A stretch of DNA of 64,000 nt from an uncultured Acidobacteriota bacterium. Its GTDB lineage: Bacteria; Acidobacteriota; Thermoanaerobaculia; Multivoradales; UBA5704. Position 1 is the stretch's first letter. Each line of letters starts with the position of its first letter. The position numbers and the translations under genes were made by a program. The stretch is taken from NCBI GenBank assembly GCA_963792575.1, contig CAWBWZ010000010.1:136359-200358 (forward strand), given 5' to 3'. Below, piece by piece: positions 1 to 10,495 of the stretch. The notes beneath the pieces were generated by a model. That model was not told the DNA's origin, did no database searches, and worked only from the letters and a program-made list of their open reading frames with translations.

Positions 1-235
1 TCAGGATGTTGTAGCCGTAATCACATCGGAAAGACGGCTTCAGGACCGAGCCGCGGCCGAAGTTGCCGAAGAGCTCCATGAGAAGCGCCAGCCACTCCTC
101 GGCGGCATCGGCTCTCGTCGCGTTGAACTGATAGAGGAGATTTTGCGCGTGAAGATGATCAGCGACGAGCTCCGGGTCTGTTGAGCTGTAGAGCTCGCCG
201 GCTAGCATTTTCTGTTTTTCGCTTATCCATGTCAT
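1..235 (-). CDS. maltose/galactoside O-acetyltransferase family (hexapeptide-repeat), N-terminal part only; C-terminus lies beyond the window start
   Basis: Minus-strand translation from ATG at 235 gives MTWISEKQKMLAGELYSSTDPELVADHLHAQNLLYQFNATRADAAEEWLALLMELFGNFGRGSVLKPSFRCDYGYNIL, which resembles the Mac/LacA N-terminal domain. The ORF runs off the window edge. Confidence 0.55.
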   Translation of the reverse strand, partial: MTWISEKQKMLAGELYSSTDPELVADHLHAQNLLYQFNATRADAAEEWLALLMELFGNFGRGSVLKPSFRCDYGYNIL

Positions 236-320
236 GAGCCATCTTCAATCAATAGACGCTTTTTGGATAAAGGGAAGCTCGGTCTATAGTCCGCATCCTA
301 ACGGTATGGCAATTCCCCGG

Positions 321-906
<586 letters not shown>

Positions 907-932
907 CTATGCAGTTGAATCATTATCGCCCC

Positions 933-2952
933 CTACTTCCCCAACACCTCTTCCGCATGCCGCACCACATCCTCCGGCAAGAACCCGAGCTCCTTCTGGA
1001 TCTGCTTGTAGGGCGCCGAGGCGCCGAAGCGCTGGATGCCGTGGACGTCACCGTCGAGGCCGGCGTACTTATGCCAGCCCATGGGGGCGGCGGCTTCGAT
1101 GGCGAGGCGCTTGCGGATCTTGGCCGGCAGCACGGATTCCTTGTAGTCGTCCGGCTGCGCGTCGTAGAGCTCCCAGGAGGGCATGCTCACCACGCGGACG
1201 CGGCGCCCCTTGGCGGTGAGCTGCTTGGCGGCTTCGAGCGCCAGCCAGACCTCGGAGCCGGTGGCGATCAGGATGATCTCCGGCTCCCCCTCGGACGGAT
1301 CGGCAAGGATGTAGCCGCCGCGCGGCACCCCCTCGCGGGCCTTCTCGGCGGTCTCGGCCAGGATCGGCAGGTTCTGCCGGCTCAGCGCGAAGGCGATCGG
1401 GCCGTGCCGATGCTCGACGGCCACCCGCCAGGCCTCGGCCGTCTCGTTGGCGTCCGCCGGACGGAGCACCGTCAGGCCGGGGATGACGCGCAGCGAGGCG
1501 AGCTCGCCGATCGGCTGGTGGGTGGGGCCGTCCTCGCCCAGGAAGATGGAGTCGTGGGTGTAGACGAAGATCGACTGCAGCTTCATCAGCGCCGCCAGGC
1601 GGACCGTCGAGCGCATGTAGTCGGAGAAGACCAGGAAGGTGCCGCCGTAGGGGATCCAGATCCGGGAGAGGGCGATGCCGTTCAGGATCGCCCCCATGCC
1701 GTGCTCGCGGACGCCGAAGCGGAGGTAGAGCCCCTCGGAGTTGGCGGCCTCGAAGTCGGTGCGACCCTCGATGGCGGTGTTGTTCGAAGGCGTCAGGTCC
1801 GCCGATCCGCCCACGAGCTGCGGCAGCTTGGGGACGATGGCGTTGAGCACCTTGCCGGAGGCGGCGCGGGTGGCGATCGGCTTGTCCTTGGGATCGAAGG
1901 TCGGGATGGCCTCCTGCCAGCCCGTCGGGGAGCTTGCCGGAGAGCCGCTGGTCCAGCTCGGCCGCGATGTCGGGGTGGGCCTCGCGGTAGCGTTGCATCA
2001 GCTCTTCCCACTTCCGCTCCAGCTCCTGGCCGCGCTTGCGCGCCTCGTCGAAGGGGGCCTTCGCCTCCTCCGGCACCAGGAAGGTGGGCTCGAGCGGCCA
2101 GCCGAGGTTGTTCTTGGTGGCGGCGGTCTCCTCCGGTCCCAGGGCCTCGCCGTGCGCCTTGGAGGTCCCCTGCCGGTGCGGGCTGCCGTAGCCGATGATG
2201 GTGCGGACGATGACCAGCGTCGGCTGGCTGTCCTCGGCCTCGGCCGTCTGCATGGCGGCGTTGAGCTGGGTCAGATCGTTGCCGTCCTCCACCCGCAGCA
2301 CGCGCCAGCCATAGGCCTCGAAGCGCTTGCCGACGTCCTCGGAGAAGGAGAGGGAGGTGGGGCCGTCGATCGAGACCTTGTTGTCGTCGTAGAAGACCTT
2401 GAGCCGGCTGAGCTTGAGGTGGCCGGCGAGGGAGCAGGCCTCGTGGGAGACCCCCTCCATCATCTCGCCGTCGCTCATGATCACCCAGATCCGGTAGTCG
2501 AGCACGGGGTATCCCTCGCGGTTGAAGCGCTGGGCGCTCATGCGCTCGGCGATCGCCATGCCGACGGAGTTGGCGATCCCCTGGCCGAGCGGGCCGGTGG
2601 TCACCTCGACGCCGCGGGTCAGCTCGTGCTCGGGGTGTCCGGGGGTCTTGGAGCCGAACTGGCGGAAGTGCTTCAGCTCCTCGATCGGCAGATCGTAGCC
2701 GGCGAGATGGAGCAGCGAGTAGAGCAGGGCCGAGGCGTGGCCGCAGGAGAGCACGAAGCGGTCGCGGTTCGGCCAGTCGGGGTTCTCCGGGTTGTGGCGC
2801 AGGAAGCGCGTCCAGAGGAGGTAGGCGAGCGGCGCCTGCCCGAGCGGCGCGCCGGGGTGCCCCGATTGCGCGGCCTCGACCTGGTCGACGGAGAGGAACC
2901 GGATCGTGTTGATGGCGAGTTGATCGACGGTCTGCGAGTCTTGATCGGGCAT
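933..2952 (-). CDS. tkt: transketolase, interrupted by a 1-bp insertion near 1921-1923 (extra C in a C-run)
   Basis: N-terminal ORF 1069..2961 ([38 protein letters not shown]...) and C-terminal ORF 933..1850 (...[25 protein letters not shown]...GK) are contiguous transketolase halves in adjacent frames. The expected [27 protein letters not shown] is restored by removing one C near 1921-1923. ATG at 2952 has a GGAGGGAG RBS. Confidence 0.8.
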
Positions 2953-3039
2953 GGCAGGCACTCCCTCCGCGGATAGGCCCCTTGGGGCGAGGGTAGTCTA
3001 TCGCGGAGGCCGGGAGGGGAGGTGCCCGGCAAAGCTGAA

Positions 3040-3147
3040 AAAAAGGACATAAAGGACAGCAAGGACGTAAAGGACAAAAACACGGACGAGACCGCGGCTC
3101 TTTGTTTCTATGTCCTTGTCGTCCTTGCTGTCCTTTGCGTCCTTTCC
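3040..3147. repeat. AAGGAC-repeat long hairpin, copy 1, in the divergent tkt/peptidase promoter region
   Basis: Left arm AAGGACATAAAGGACAGCAAGGACGTAAAGGACAAAAACACGGACGAG, loop ACCGCGG, and a right arm that is its imperfect reverse complement. Confidence 0.6.
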
Positions 3148-3264
3148 TGGTTTCTCCCCGAGGCTCCCCAGATCTCCCGGCGCGCACCCTCTTGGATAAC
3201 ACCCGCGCAGCTCTGGCCCGCGGCAAGCAGCCGCGGGCCTCCGGGAAGATCGGAGGAAATGGGT

Positions 3265-5340
3265 ATGACACGCAAGCTCGTCTGGCTTCTGCTGTTCGCC
3301 TTCGGCAGTGCGGTACACGCCGCCCCGCAGGACGCCGTCCCCACCGCCGCCAAGCACGCCGTGCTCGACGTCAGCCGTCTGGACTCCGTTCTCCCCTCGA
3401 AACTGGACCTGGCGAAGCTCGGGGAAGAGGACGCTTTGAGCGACCGCAAGGGGACGCCGCCGCGGTTCGCGGTTCCGGAGCAGGTCTCCGTCACGCCGGA
3501 CCGTCAGGGTACCTGGGAGAACCTGGGCAACGGCCAGCTGCTCTGGCGCCTGCGCATCATCGGCCGCGAGGGTACGACGTCCCTGAACCTCGGCTTCACC
3601 CGCTTCAAGATGACGCCGAACGGACGCCTGATGGTCTACTCGGCGGACGGCCAGCAGGTGCTGAGGCCCTTCACGGCGGCGGACAACGCGGCGCACGGAG
3701 AGCTGTGGACGCCGGTCGTCACTACCAGCGATCTCGTCGTGGAGCTCACCGTGCCGCGGCGGGAGCGGAAGCAGGTGGAGCTCAAGCTCGGCTGGATCAA
3801 CCAGGGCTACCGCGGCTTCGGGACGCTGTCCGGCGTGGAGTATCAAAAATCCGGCAGCTGCAACCTGGACGTCGAGTGCCTGGCCGCCGGCGATACGTGG
3901 CGCGACACGATGCGGGCGGTGGGCGTGATCTCGACCGGCGGCTCCAGGTTCTGCACCGGGTCGCTGCTCAACGACACCGCCGGCGACCACAAGATGTACT
4001 TCATCACGGCCAACCACTGCAGCATCACCTCCGGGAACGCGGCCTCGCTGGTGGTCTACTGGAACTATCAGAACTCCTTCTGCCGGACGCCTGGCAGCGC
4101 GGCCAGCGGGCAGGCCGGCAACGGCCCTCTCACCCAGTTCCACACCGGCTCCTTCTTCCGCGCTGCCAGCGCCGCCTCGGACTTCACGCTGGTGGAGCTC
4201 GACGATCCGCCGGTCGCGGCCTACAACCATCGCTGGGCGGGCTGGGACCGTTCGACGGGCAACTTCGCGTGCAGCGCGGCGACCCCCTGCGCGTCGATCC
4301 ACCACCCGAACACCGACGAGAAGCGGATCACCTACGTCATCACCACCACGGCGACGACCAGCTACAACAACCCGGCCTCACCGGGAGATGGCTCCCACAT
4401 CTGGGCGCACTGGGCGACCGACCCTCCGGGAACCTTCACGGTGCCGGGCGTGACCGAGCCCGGCTCCTCCGGCTCGCCGCTCTACAGCCAGGCGGGGCGC
4501 TTCATCGGCCAGTTGCACGGCGGACCCTCCGCCTGCGGCGCCACGGGCGACAGCCTCTCGGACTACTACGGACGCTTCAGCGTCTCCTGGACCGGCGGCG
4601 GCACCAACAGCACCCGCCTCTCCAACTGGCTCGACGCGGGAGGCACCGGCGCGACCACCGTCGACGGCATCGACGGCTCCACCGGCCCCTGCACGCCGCC
4701 GGCGGCACCGACCGGCGTAACCGCCACGGCCACCTCGCAGACGCAGATCAACCTCACCTGGACCGCCGCCGCCGGGGCGTCCTCGTACACGATTTTCCGC
4801 GCGACGACCAGCGGCGGACCCTACACGTCGGTGGGAACCTCGGCCACCACCTCGTTCTCGAACACCGGCCTCGCCTGCAACACCACCTACTACTACGTGG
4901 TGACGGCGTCGAACGGCACCTGCGCCTCCGGCAACTCGACGCAGGCGTCGGCGACGACCCAGGCCTGCACGGCCTGCAACGCGGTCGCCGATACCGAGCC
5001 GAACAACAGCCGCACCGCGCCGCAGGCGATCTCAGGGGTCTGCAACCAGATCTCGGGGACCTTCCTCAACGACGCGGCGTCGCAGCAGAACGACTACTTC
5101 CGCCTGAGCCTGCCCGCGGGCAGCACGGTGACGGCGCTGCTCAACGGCCTGACGGTGGACTACGACGTCTACATCTACAACTCGACGACGGGCACCGAGG
5201 TGGCGAGCTCGCTGAACGGCGGCACCACCGCGGACCAGGCTTCCTGGACCAACACGGGCGCCTCGGCGATCAACGTCTATATTCGCGCGTATCGCTTCTC
5301 GTCGACCCGGACGACCTATCAGCTGAAGGTCAGCTACTGA
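3265..5340 (+). CDS. secreted S1-family (trypsin-like) serine peptidase with fibronectin type III and C-terminal pre-peptidase (PPC) domains
   Basis: Signal peptide MTRKLVWLLLFAFGSAVHAAPQ is followed by His-site motif YFITANHC and Ser-site motif EPGSSGSPL. An FN3-like segment (SYTIFRATTSGGPYTSVG...TYYYVVTASNG) and a PPC-like tail (NDYFRLSLPAGSTVTALLNG...YDVYIY) follow. GGAGG RBS lies 8 nt before ATG 3265; the upstream part of ORF 3022 is an artefact of a hairpin repeat. Confidence 0.75.
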   Translation: MTRKLVWLLLFAFGSAVHAAPQDAVPTAAKHAVLDVSRLDSVLPSKLDLAKLGEEDALSDRKGTPPRFAVPEQVSVTPDRQGTWENLGNGQLLWRLRIIGREGTTSLNLGFTRFKMTPNGRLMVYSADGQQVLRPFTAADNAAHGELWTPVVTTSDLVVELTVPRRERKQVELKLGWINQGYRGFGTLSGVEYQKSGSCNLDVECLAAGDTWRDTMRAVGVISTGGSRFCTGSLLNDTAGDHKMYFITANHCSITSGNAASLVVYWNYQNSFCRTPGSAASGQAGNGPLTQFHTGSFFRAASAASDFTLVELDDPPVAAYNHRWAGWDRSTGNFACSAATPCASIHHPNTDEKRITYVITTTATTSYNNPASPGDGSHIWAHWATDPPGTFTVPGVTEPGSSGSPLYSQAGRFIGQLHGGPSACGATGDSLSDYYGRFSVSWTGGGTNSTRLSNWLDAGGTGATTVDGIDGSTGPCTPPAAPTGVTATATSQTQINLTWTAAAGASSYTIFRATTSGGPYTSVGTSATTSFSNTGLACNTTYYYVVTASNGTCASGNSTQASATTQACTACNAVADTEPNNSRTAPQAISGVCNQISGTFLNDAASQQNDYFRLSLPAGSTVTALLNGLTVDYDVYIYNSTTGTEVASSLNGGTTADQASWTNTGASAINVYIRAYRFSSTRTTYQLKVSY

Positions 5341-5360
5341 TCTGAAGGATAGGAACCTGG

Positions 5361-5399
5361 AGGGGGGCGGAGCTCATTGGGGAGCTCCGCCCCCCTTGT
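5361..5399 (+). terminator. Rho-independent terminator after the peptidase gene
   Basis: GGGGGGCGGAGCTC-ATTGG-GGAGCTCCGCCCCCC is a perfect 14-bp stem followed by TTGTTTT. Confidence 0.7.
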
Positions 5400-5400
5400 T

Positions 5401-5429
5401 TTGACTCCAAACCCAGTTACCCCTACAAT
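5401..5429 (+). promoter_or_regulatory. sigma70-like promoter for tRNA-Ser (TTGACT-N17-TACAAT)
   Basis: TTGACT at 5401-5406, a 17-nt spacer and TACAAT at 5424-5429 sit about 24 nt upstream of the tRNA 5' end. Confidence 0.5.
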
Positions 5430-5452
5430 CTCACCTCCCTGTCGGGCCTTAC

Positions 5453-5546
<94 letters not shown>

Positions 5547-5652
5547 CATTTCCCTCTGCAAGCATCCCGGCCCGGAGGTTGCAGCACTCTGAGGCCGCTC
5601 GCGTTTCCTCGGAGCCCTCCAGGGTGCGCGTGGGCAGATGTGGAGGACGGAC

Positions 5653-7016
5653 ATGTTGAAGGCCATCAATCCCGCCACCGGCGAGACCCTCCGCGAAGTT
5701 CCCGAGCACGACGAGCAAGAGGTCAACGAGCGGCTGGAGGCTGCCGAGGTGGCCTTCAAGTCCTGGCGGCGCTTCGATTTCGAGGAGCGGGCCCGGCATC
5801 TGACCAGCGTCGCCGACCTGCTGCGCGAGAACATGGCGGACTTCGCCCGGCTGATGACGGAGGAGATGGGCAAGACCCTCGCCTCCGCCGAGTCCGAGGT
5901 CGACAAGTGCGCCTGGGTCTGCGATTTCTACGCCGAGAACGCCGAGCGCTTCCTCGCCAATGAGCCGGTGGCGACCGACGCCGCAAAGAGCTTCATCCGC
6001 TACGAGCCGCTCGGACCGGTGCTCGCCATCATGCCGTGGAACTTCCCGTTCTGGCAGTTCTTCCGCTTCGCGGCGCCGGCGCTGATGGCAGGCAACGTGG
6101 CGCTGCTGAAGCACGCGGCGAACGTCCCCGGCTCGGCTCTCGCCATCGAGGCGGTGTTCCGCGAGGCGGGCCTGCCGGACGGCGTGGTGACCACCCTCCT
6201 GGTCTCCTCGGCGCGGGTCAAGTACCTGATCAGCAACCCCGTGGTGCGGGCGGTGACTCTCACCGGCAGCGACCGCGCCGGCATGGAGGTGGCCGCGGAG
6301 GCGGGGCGGTGCCTGAAGAAGGCGGTCCTCGAGCTGGGCGGCTCCGACCCGTTCATCGTGCTCGTCCGACGTCGATCCCGCCGAGGCGGGCCGGCAGGCG
6401 GCGAAGGCGCGCACGATCAACAACGGTCAGAGCTGTATCGCCGCCAAGCGCTTCATCGTCATCGACGACATCGCCGACCGCTTCGAGGAGGAGTTCGTCC
6501 GCGCCGTGGAAGGGCTCAAGGTGGGCGATCCCATGGAGCGGAGCACGGACGTCGGCCCGATGGCGCGCGAGGATCTGCTCGACTCCCTCGACGATCAGGT
6601 GAAGCGCTCGGTCGCGGCCGGGGCCCAGCTGCGAACCGGCGGCAAGCGGCTGGAAGGGAACGGGCTGGTACTACGCGCCGACGGTGCTGACCGGCGTCCA
6701 GCCCGGCATGGCCGCCTTCGACGAGGAGACCTTCGGGCCGGTGGCGGCGGTGATCCGGGCGCGCGACGCCGCGGAGGCGATCGAGCTGGCGAACCGCTCG
6801 CGGTTCGGCCTCGGCGCCAGCATCTGGACCGCCGACGCCGCCCGCGGCGAGGATCTGGCGGCCGAGATCGAGGCCGGCTGCGTGTTCGTGAACGGCACCG
6901 TCAAGTCCGACCCCCGCCTCCCCTTCGGCGGCGTCAAGAGCTCCGGCTACGGCCGCGAGCTCTCCGAGGTGGGGATCCGCGAGTTCGTGAACATCAAGAC
7001 AGTCTGGATCAAATAA
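5653..7016 (+). CDS. NAD(P)-dependent aldehyde dehydrogenase (succinate-semialdehyde dehydrogenase-like); at least three 1-bp indel frameshifts near ~6365, ~6420 and ~6664
   Basis: ORFs 5638..6690, 6506..7030 and 6684..7016 together read as one ALDH: [11 protein letters not shown]...LELGGSDPF | ...[11 protein letters not shown]...GKRLEGNG | [15 protein letters not shown]...[22 protein letters not shown] precedes ATG 5653. Confidence 0.75.
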
Positions 7017-7036
7017 ACCGGATCAAGTAGGCCGGA

Positions 7037-7951
7037 TCAAGTAGGCAGCCGGATCGTCATCACCGGACAGGGGGCGTGCTCGACGGCCCGTTCGGCGGTG
7101 CTGCCCATCAGCAGATGGCGCAGGCCGGAGAGCCCGCGGGTGCCCATGGCGATCAGGTCGGCGCCGCGCTTCTCGGCCTCCTCGGCGATGACGTGCGCCG
7201 GGTCCCCCTCGCGGGCGACCGTCTCCACCGTCAGCCCTTCCCGCTGCAGCGCCTGCGCGGCCTCATAGAGCCGCCGCTCGGCCTCCAGGCCCGTGTCCTC
7301 GAGATAGCGGAGAGAGGTCGGGATCACCCCATAGGCGGTGTACTCGATCGGCAGGTTGAAGGCGTGCAGCAGGATGAGCCGGGCGTCCTGCTCCAGCGGC
7401 GCCAGCAGCCGGTGGGCGGTGGCGATGGCGAGCTCGGCGGCCGGCGAGAAATCGGTGGGCACCAGGATGGTGCGGATCACGCGGTGCTTGCCGAAGTCGC
7501 CCGGATGGACCGTCAGCACCGGACAGTGGGCGTCGTGGACCACCCGCTGAGCGGTGCTCCCCAGCAGCAGATGGCGCAGGCTGGTCAGCCCGCGCGTGCC
7601 GAGGACGATCGCCAGCGGCGAGATCGCATCGGCGCGGTCGAGGATCACCTGTGAAGGCGTGCCGGCCCGCAGGAAGGTCGTGACCTCGCCCCCCCTGCCG
7701 CCCAACGCCGCGGCGGCTTCCGCCAGCCGGGCCTCGGCCGCCTGGGTCACCTCTTCCTGGAAGTTCTCCGCGGAGGGAACGTAGCCCGGAATGGAAGGGG
7801 GTATGGTGACGGCGTGGACCAGCTCGACGCTCCCACCCTGCTGGCGCGCGAGCTCGACAGCCCAGTCGAGCGCGGCGGAGGCGGTGGCCGAGAAGTCGGT
7901 CGCCGCCAGGATCATGGGTTTGCTGCGGGTCACTGGTTCCATGGGTTCCAT
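7037..7951 (-). CDS. tandem universal stress protein (UspA) domain protein
   Basis: Two Usp domains: ILAATDFSATASAALDWAVELA...LGTRGLTSLRHLLLGSTAQRVVHDAHCPVLTV and ILVPTDFSPAAELA...MGTRGLSGLRHLLMGSTAERAVEHAPCPVMTI. GGGAGGGG RBS precedes ATG 7951. Confidence 0.8.
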   Translation of the reverse strand: MEPMEPVTRSKPMILAATDFSATASAALDWAVELARQQGGSVELVHAVTIPPSIPGYVPSAENFQEEVTQAAEARLAEAAAALGGRGGEVTTFLRAGTPSQVILDRADAISPLAIVLGTRGLTSLRHLLLGSTAQRVVHDAHCPVLTVHPGDFGKHRVIRTILVPTDFSPAAELAIATAHRLLAPLEQDARLILLHAFNLPIEYTAYGVIPTSLRYLEDTGLEAERRLYEAAQALQREGLTVETVAREGDPAHVIAEEAEKRGADLIAMGTRGLSGLRHLLMGSTAERAVEHAPCPVMTIRLPT

Positions 7952-7982
7952 GTCGTCCCCTCCCGCCTCCCATTCTAGACCG

Positions 7983-8744
7983 CTAGGCCGGTGCCCTGGC
8001 GCCGCGCCGGGCCGAGAAGATGAAGATGTGCTGGGCGGGGAGGGTCTCCAGCCGGTTCACCAGCTCGAAGCCCGCCGCGTTCCACTCGGAGAGCACCTGC
8101 TCGACCGACATCCGGTGCTTGATGTTGATGTGGGAGGCGGTGTTCCCCTCGAGGCGGTACTCGACCAGGGCGACGGTGCCGCCGGGCGCCAGGCTGTCGC
8201 GGATATGGGCGAGCATCGGCTCGGGCTTCTGGAACTCGTGGTAGACGTCGACCAGGAGGATGCGGTCGATGCCGCGCGCGGGGAGCTTGGGGTCGGTCTC
8301 GGTGCCGAGGACGGTGATGATGTTCTGCACCCCCTCCCTGGCGGTGTACTGCTTGAGCAGGTCGATCATCTGGGGCTGGATGTCCTCGGCGTAGACCTTG
8401 CCCGTGGGTCCCACCACCCTGCCGATCCGGCGGCTGAAAAAGCCGGTGCCGGCGCCGATCTCGGCGACGTTCATCCCTTCCCTGAGCTCCATCGCCTGGA
8501 TCACCAGCTCCGGCTTCTCCAGCTCGGCGCGCCCGTCGCGCTCCAGCCAGTCGGCGTGCTCGTAGCTCATCACGTTGGCCGGCTCGCGCTTTTCGACGGG
8601 CACGGCACTCAGGCGGGCGCCGCCCGGGCGGTGGCCAGCTCCCGGCTCGGCACAGGCGGCGAGCAGCAGGAGCAGGAAGCCGAGCCAGGCCCGCCAGGTC
8701 AGGCCGCGGACGGAAAGAGGCGAGGGGGTGCGGTGAAAGTTCAT
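7983..8744 (-). CDS. secreted class I SAM-dependent methyltransferase
   Basis: N-terminal signal/lipoprotein-like segment, then SAM motif VAEIGAGTGFFSRRI and a methyltransferase fold (ILLVDVYHEF...GGTVALVEYR). Confidence 0.7.
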   Translation of the reverse strand: MNFHRTPSPLSVRGLTWRAWLGFLLLLLAACAEPGAGHRPGGARLSAVPVEKREPANVMSYEHADWLERDGRAELEKPELVIQAMELREGMNVAEIGAGTGFFSRRIGRVVGPTGKVYAEDIQPQMIDLLKQYTAREGVQNIITVLGTETDPKLPARGIDRILLVDVYHEFQKPEPMLAHIRDSLAPGGTVALVEYRLEGNTASHINIKHRMSVEQVLSEWNAAGFELVNRLETLPAQHIFIFSARRGARAPA

Positions 8745-8857
8745 GGGCGGTCTCCCGACGAGCGGTCTTGGGAAGAGAACATAGTCTGTCAGGAGAACCA
8801 GAAGCCGGAGCGCCTCATTTCTCCTGAAGTGCGATACTGGTTCCGGTGATACTTCCG

Positions 8858-10495
8858 ATGATCGACACCGCCGAAGCCCGAAAAGCCCGCGGCGCCTTCT
8901 TCACCCCCGCGGAGCTTACGAACTTCGTCGCGGGATGGGCCGTCCGCTCCACGGCGGACCAGGTCCTCGAACCGTCGTGCGGCGAGGCCGCCTTCCTGAT
9001 CTCGGCGGGCGAGAAGCTGAAGGCCCTGGGGGCGGCGCGGCTCGGAGAGGGGCAGCTCCAGGGGATCGAGATCCATGAAGCCTCGGCCCGGAGCGCCGCG
9101 GCCCTGGTGGCGGACTACGGGCTGGAGGCCCGGATCCGGACCGGCGACTTCTTCGACGCCGACCCCGCCGAGCTCTTCGACGCCGTGATCGGCAATCCCC
9201 CTTATGTGCGCTACCAGCAGTTCACAGGGAAAGTGAGGGCCAAGGCGCAGCAGATCGCCCTGAAGCAGGGGGTCCGGCTGGCCGGGCTGGCGAGCTCGTG
9301 GGCGGCGTTCGTGGTCCATGCCTCCTCCTTCCTCAAGCCGGGCGGGCGTCTCGGGCTGGTCCTGCCGGCCGAGCTGCTGACGGTGAACTACGCGGCCCCG
9401 GTGCGCGAGTTTCTGATGCGGCGCTTCGCCCAGGTGCGGATCGTTCTCTTCGAGGGGCTGGTCTTCCCCGGCGTCCTCGCCGAAGTCATCCTGCTGCTGG
9501 CGGAGGGCACCGGCCCGACCGACCATTGCGAGCTGTACCAGGCCCGGGACCTATCCTCCCTCGAAACCCTGAGCTGGCGCAGCTGGGTCCCCGAGAATCC
9601 CAAGCAGAAGTGGATCGACGGCCTGCTCCCGGCGGAGGCCGCCGGGCTCTACGCCAGGATCCGCTCGGGCCCCGGCGTCGCCGAGCTGCGCGAGTGGGGG
9701 AAAACCGACCTCGGGATCGTCACCGGCAACAACCGCTATTTCGCGCTGGACGCCGCCACGATCAAGGCGCTGAAGCTGCCGGCCCGCGAGCTCCTCGCCA
9801 TCTCGCCGCCGAGCTCCCGCCACCTCCGGGGTCTCGCGTTCGCTTCGGAAGACTGGGCCGGGATGACGTCCCAGGGCGCCCGGACTCATCTCTTCTATCC
9901 GGCCGCGGAAAAACCCTCGGCGGCGGCGCGCCGGTACATCGACCAGGGGGAACGGGAGGGGGTCCACGAGGCCTACAAGTGCCGCGTCCGCAACCCCTGG
10001 TGGCGAGTGCCGCTGCTGCCCGCGGCGGATCTCTTCCTCACCTACATGAACCACGACACGCCGCGCTTGGTGGCCAACCTGGCGGGGGTGCGCCATCTCA
10101 ACTCGGTCCACGGGGTCGCCCTGAAAAAGCCTCTCCGGCGGCTGGGGATGGGAACTCTACCGCTGGGGATGCTCAACAGCCTGACCCTCCTCGGAGCGGA
10201 GCTGGTCGGCCGTTCCTATGGAGGCGGGATTCTCAAGCTGGAGCCCAGGGAGGCGGACAAGCTGCCGCTCCCCTCTCCGGAGTCCCTGCGACGGATCGCC
10301 CCCGCGCTCCGGAAGCTCCGGTCCGAGGTCGGGCCGGCGTTTCGCAACGGCGAGCTGATGAAGGTCGTCGAACAGGTCGACCGCGTTCTGCTCGCCGGGC
10401 ACCTGCGGATCAGCCCGGACGACATCCTCATCCTCCGGCGAGCCCGGCAGGCACTCTTCGAACGGCGCGTGCGGCGCGGGGAAGACAAGCCATGA
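8858..10495 (+). CDS. gamma-class N6-adenine DNA methyltransferase (M.TaqI/Eco57I-like) with C-terminal target-recognition domain; apparently solitary
   Basis: Motif I EPSCGEAAFL and motif IV GNPPYVRYQQF, with a TaqI_C-like tail (GGGILKLEPREADKLPLP). ATG at 8858 aligns with the M.TaqI N-terminus, while the longer ORF begins at GTG 8846. No restriction endonuclease is adjacent. Confidence 0.7.
   Translation: MIDTAEARKARGAFFTPAELTNFVAGWAVRSTADQVLEPSCGEAAFLISAGEKLKALGAARLGEGQLQGIEIHEASARSAAALVADYGLEARIRTGDFFDADPAELFDAVIGNPPYVRYQQFTGKVRAKAQQIALKQGVRLAGLASSWAAFVVHASSFLKPGGRLGLVLPAELLTVNYAAPVREFLMRRFAQVRIVLFEGLVFPGVLAEVILLLAEGTGPTDHCELYQARDLSSLETLSWRSWVPENPKQKWIDGLLPAEAAGLYARIRSGPGVAELREWGKTDLGIVTGNNRYFALDAATIKALKLPARELLAISPPSSRHLRGLAFASEDWAGMTSQGARTHLFYPAAEKPSAAARRYIDQGEREGVHEAYKCRVRNPWWRVPLLPAADLFLTYMNHDTPRLVANLAGVRHLNSVHGVALKKPLRRLGMGTLPLGMLNSLTLLGAELVGRSYGGGILKLEPREADKLPLPSPESLRRIAPALRKLRSEVGPAFRNGELMKVVEQVDRVLLAGHLRISPDDILILRRARQALFERRVRRGEDKP

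Noticed and set aside
933-2952. tkt (and dnaA, dnaN, gyrB, parAB) as genuine pseudogenes
   Set aside because: Too many essential genes are hit, always by 1-bp indels. The pattern is more parsimoniously explained by consensus errors in the assembly.
3022-3264. Lys/Asp-rich N-terminal extension (KKDIKDSKDVKDKNTDE...) of the peptidase ORF
   Set aside because: It is the in-frame read-through of the AAGGAC hairpin repeat. The real start is ATG 3265, with a GGAGG RBS and a canonical signal peptide.
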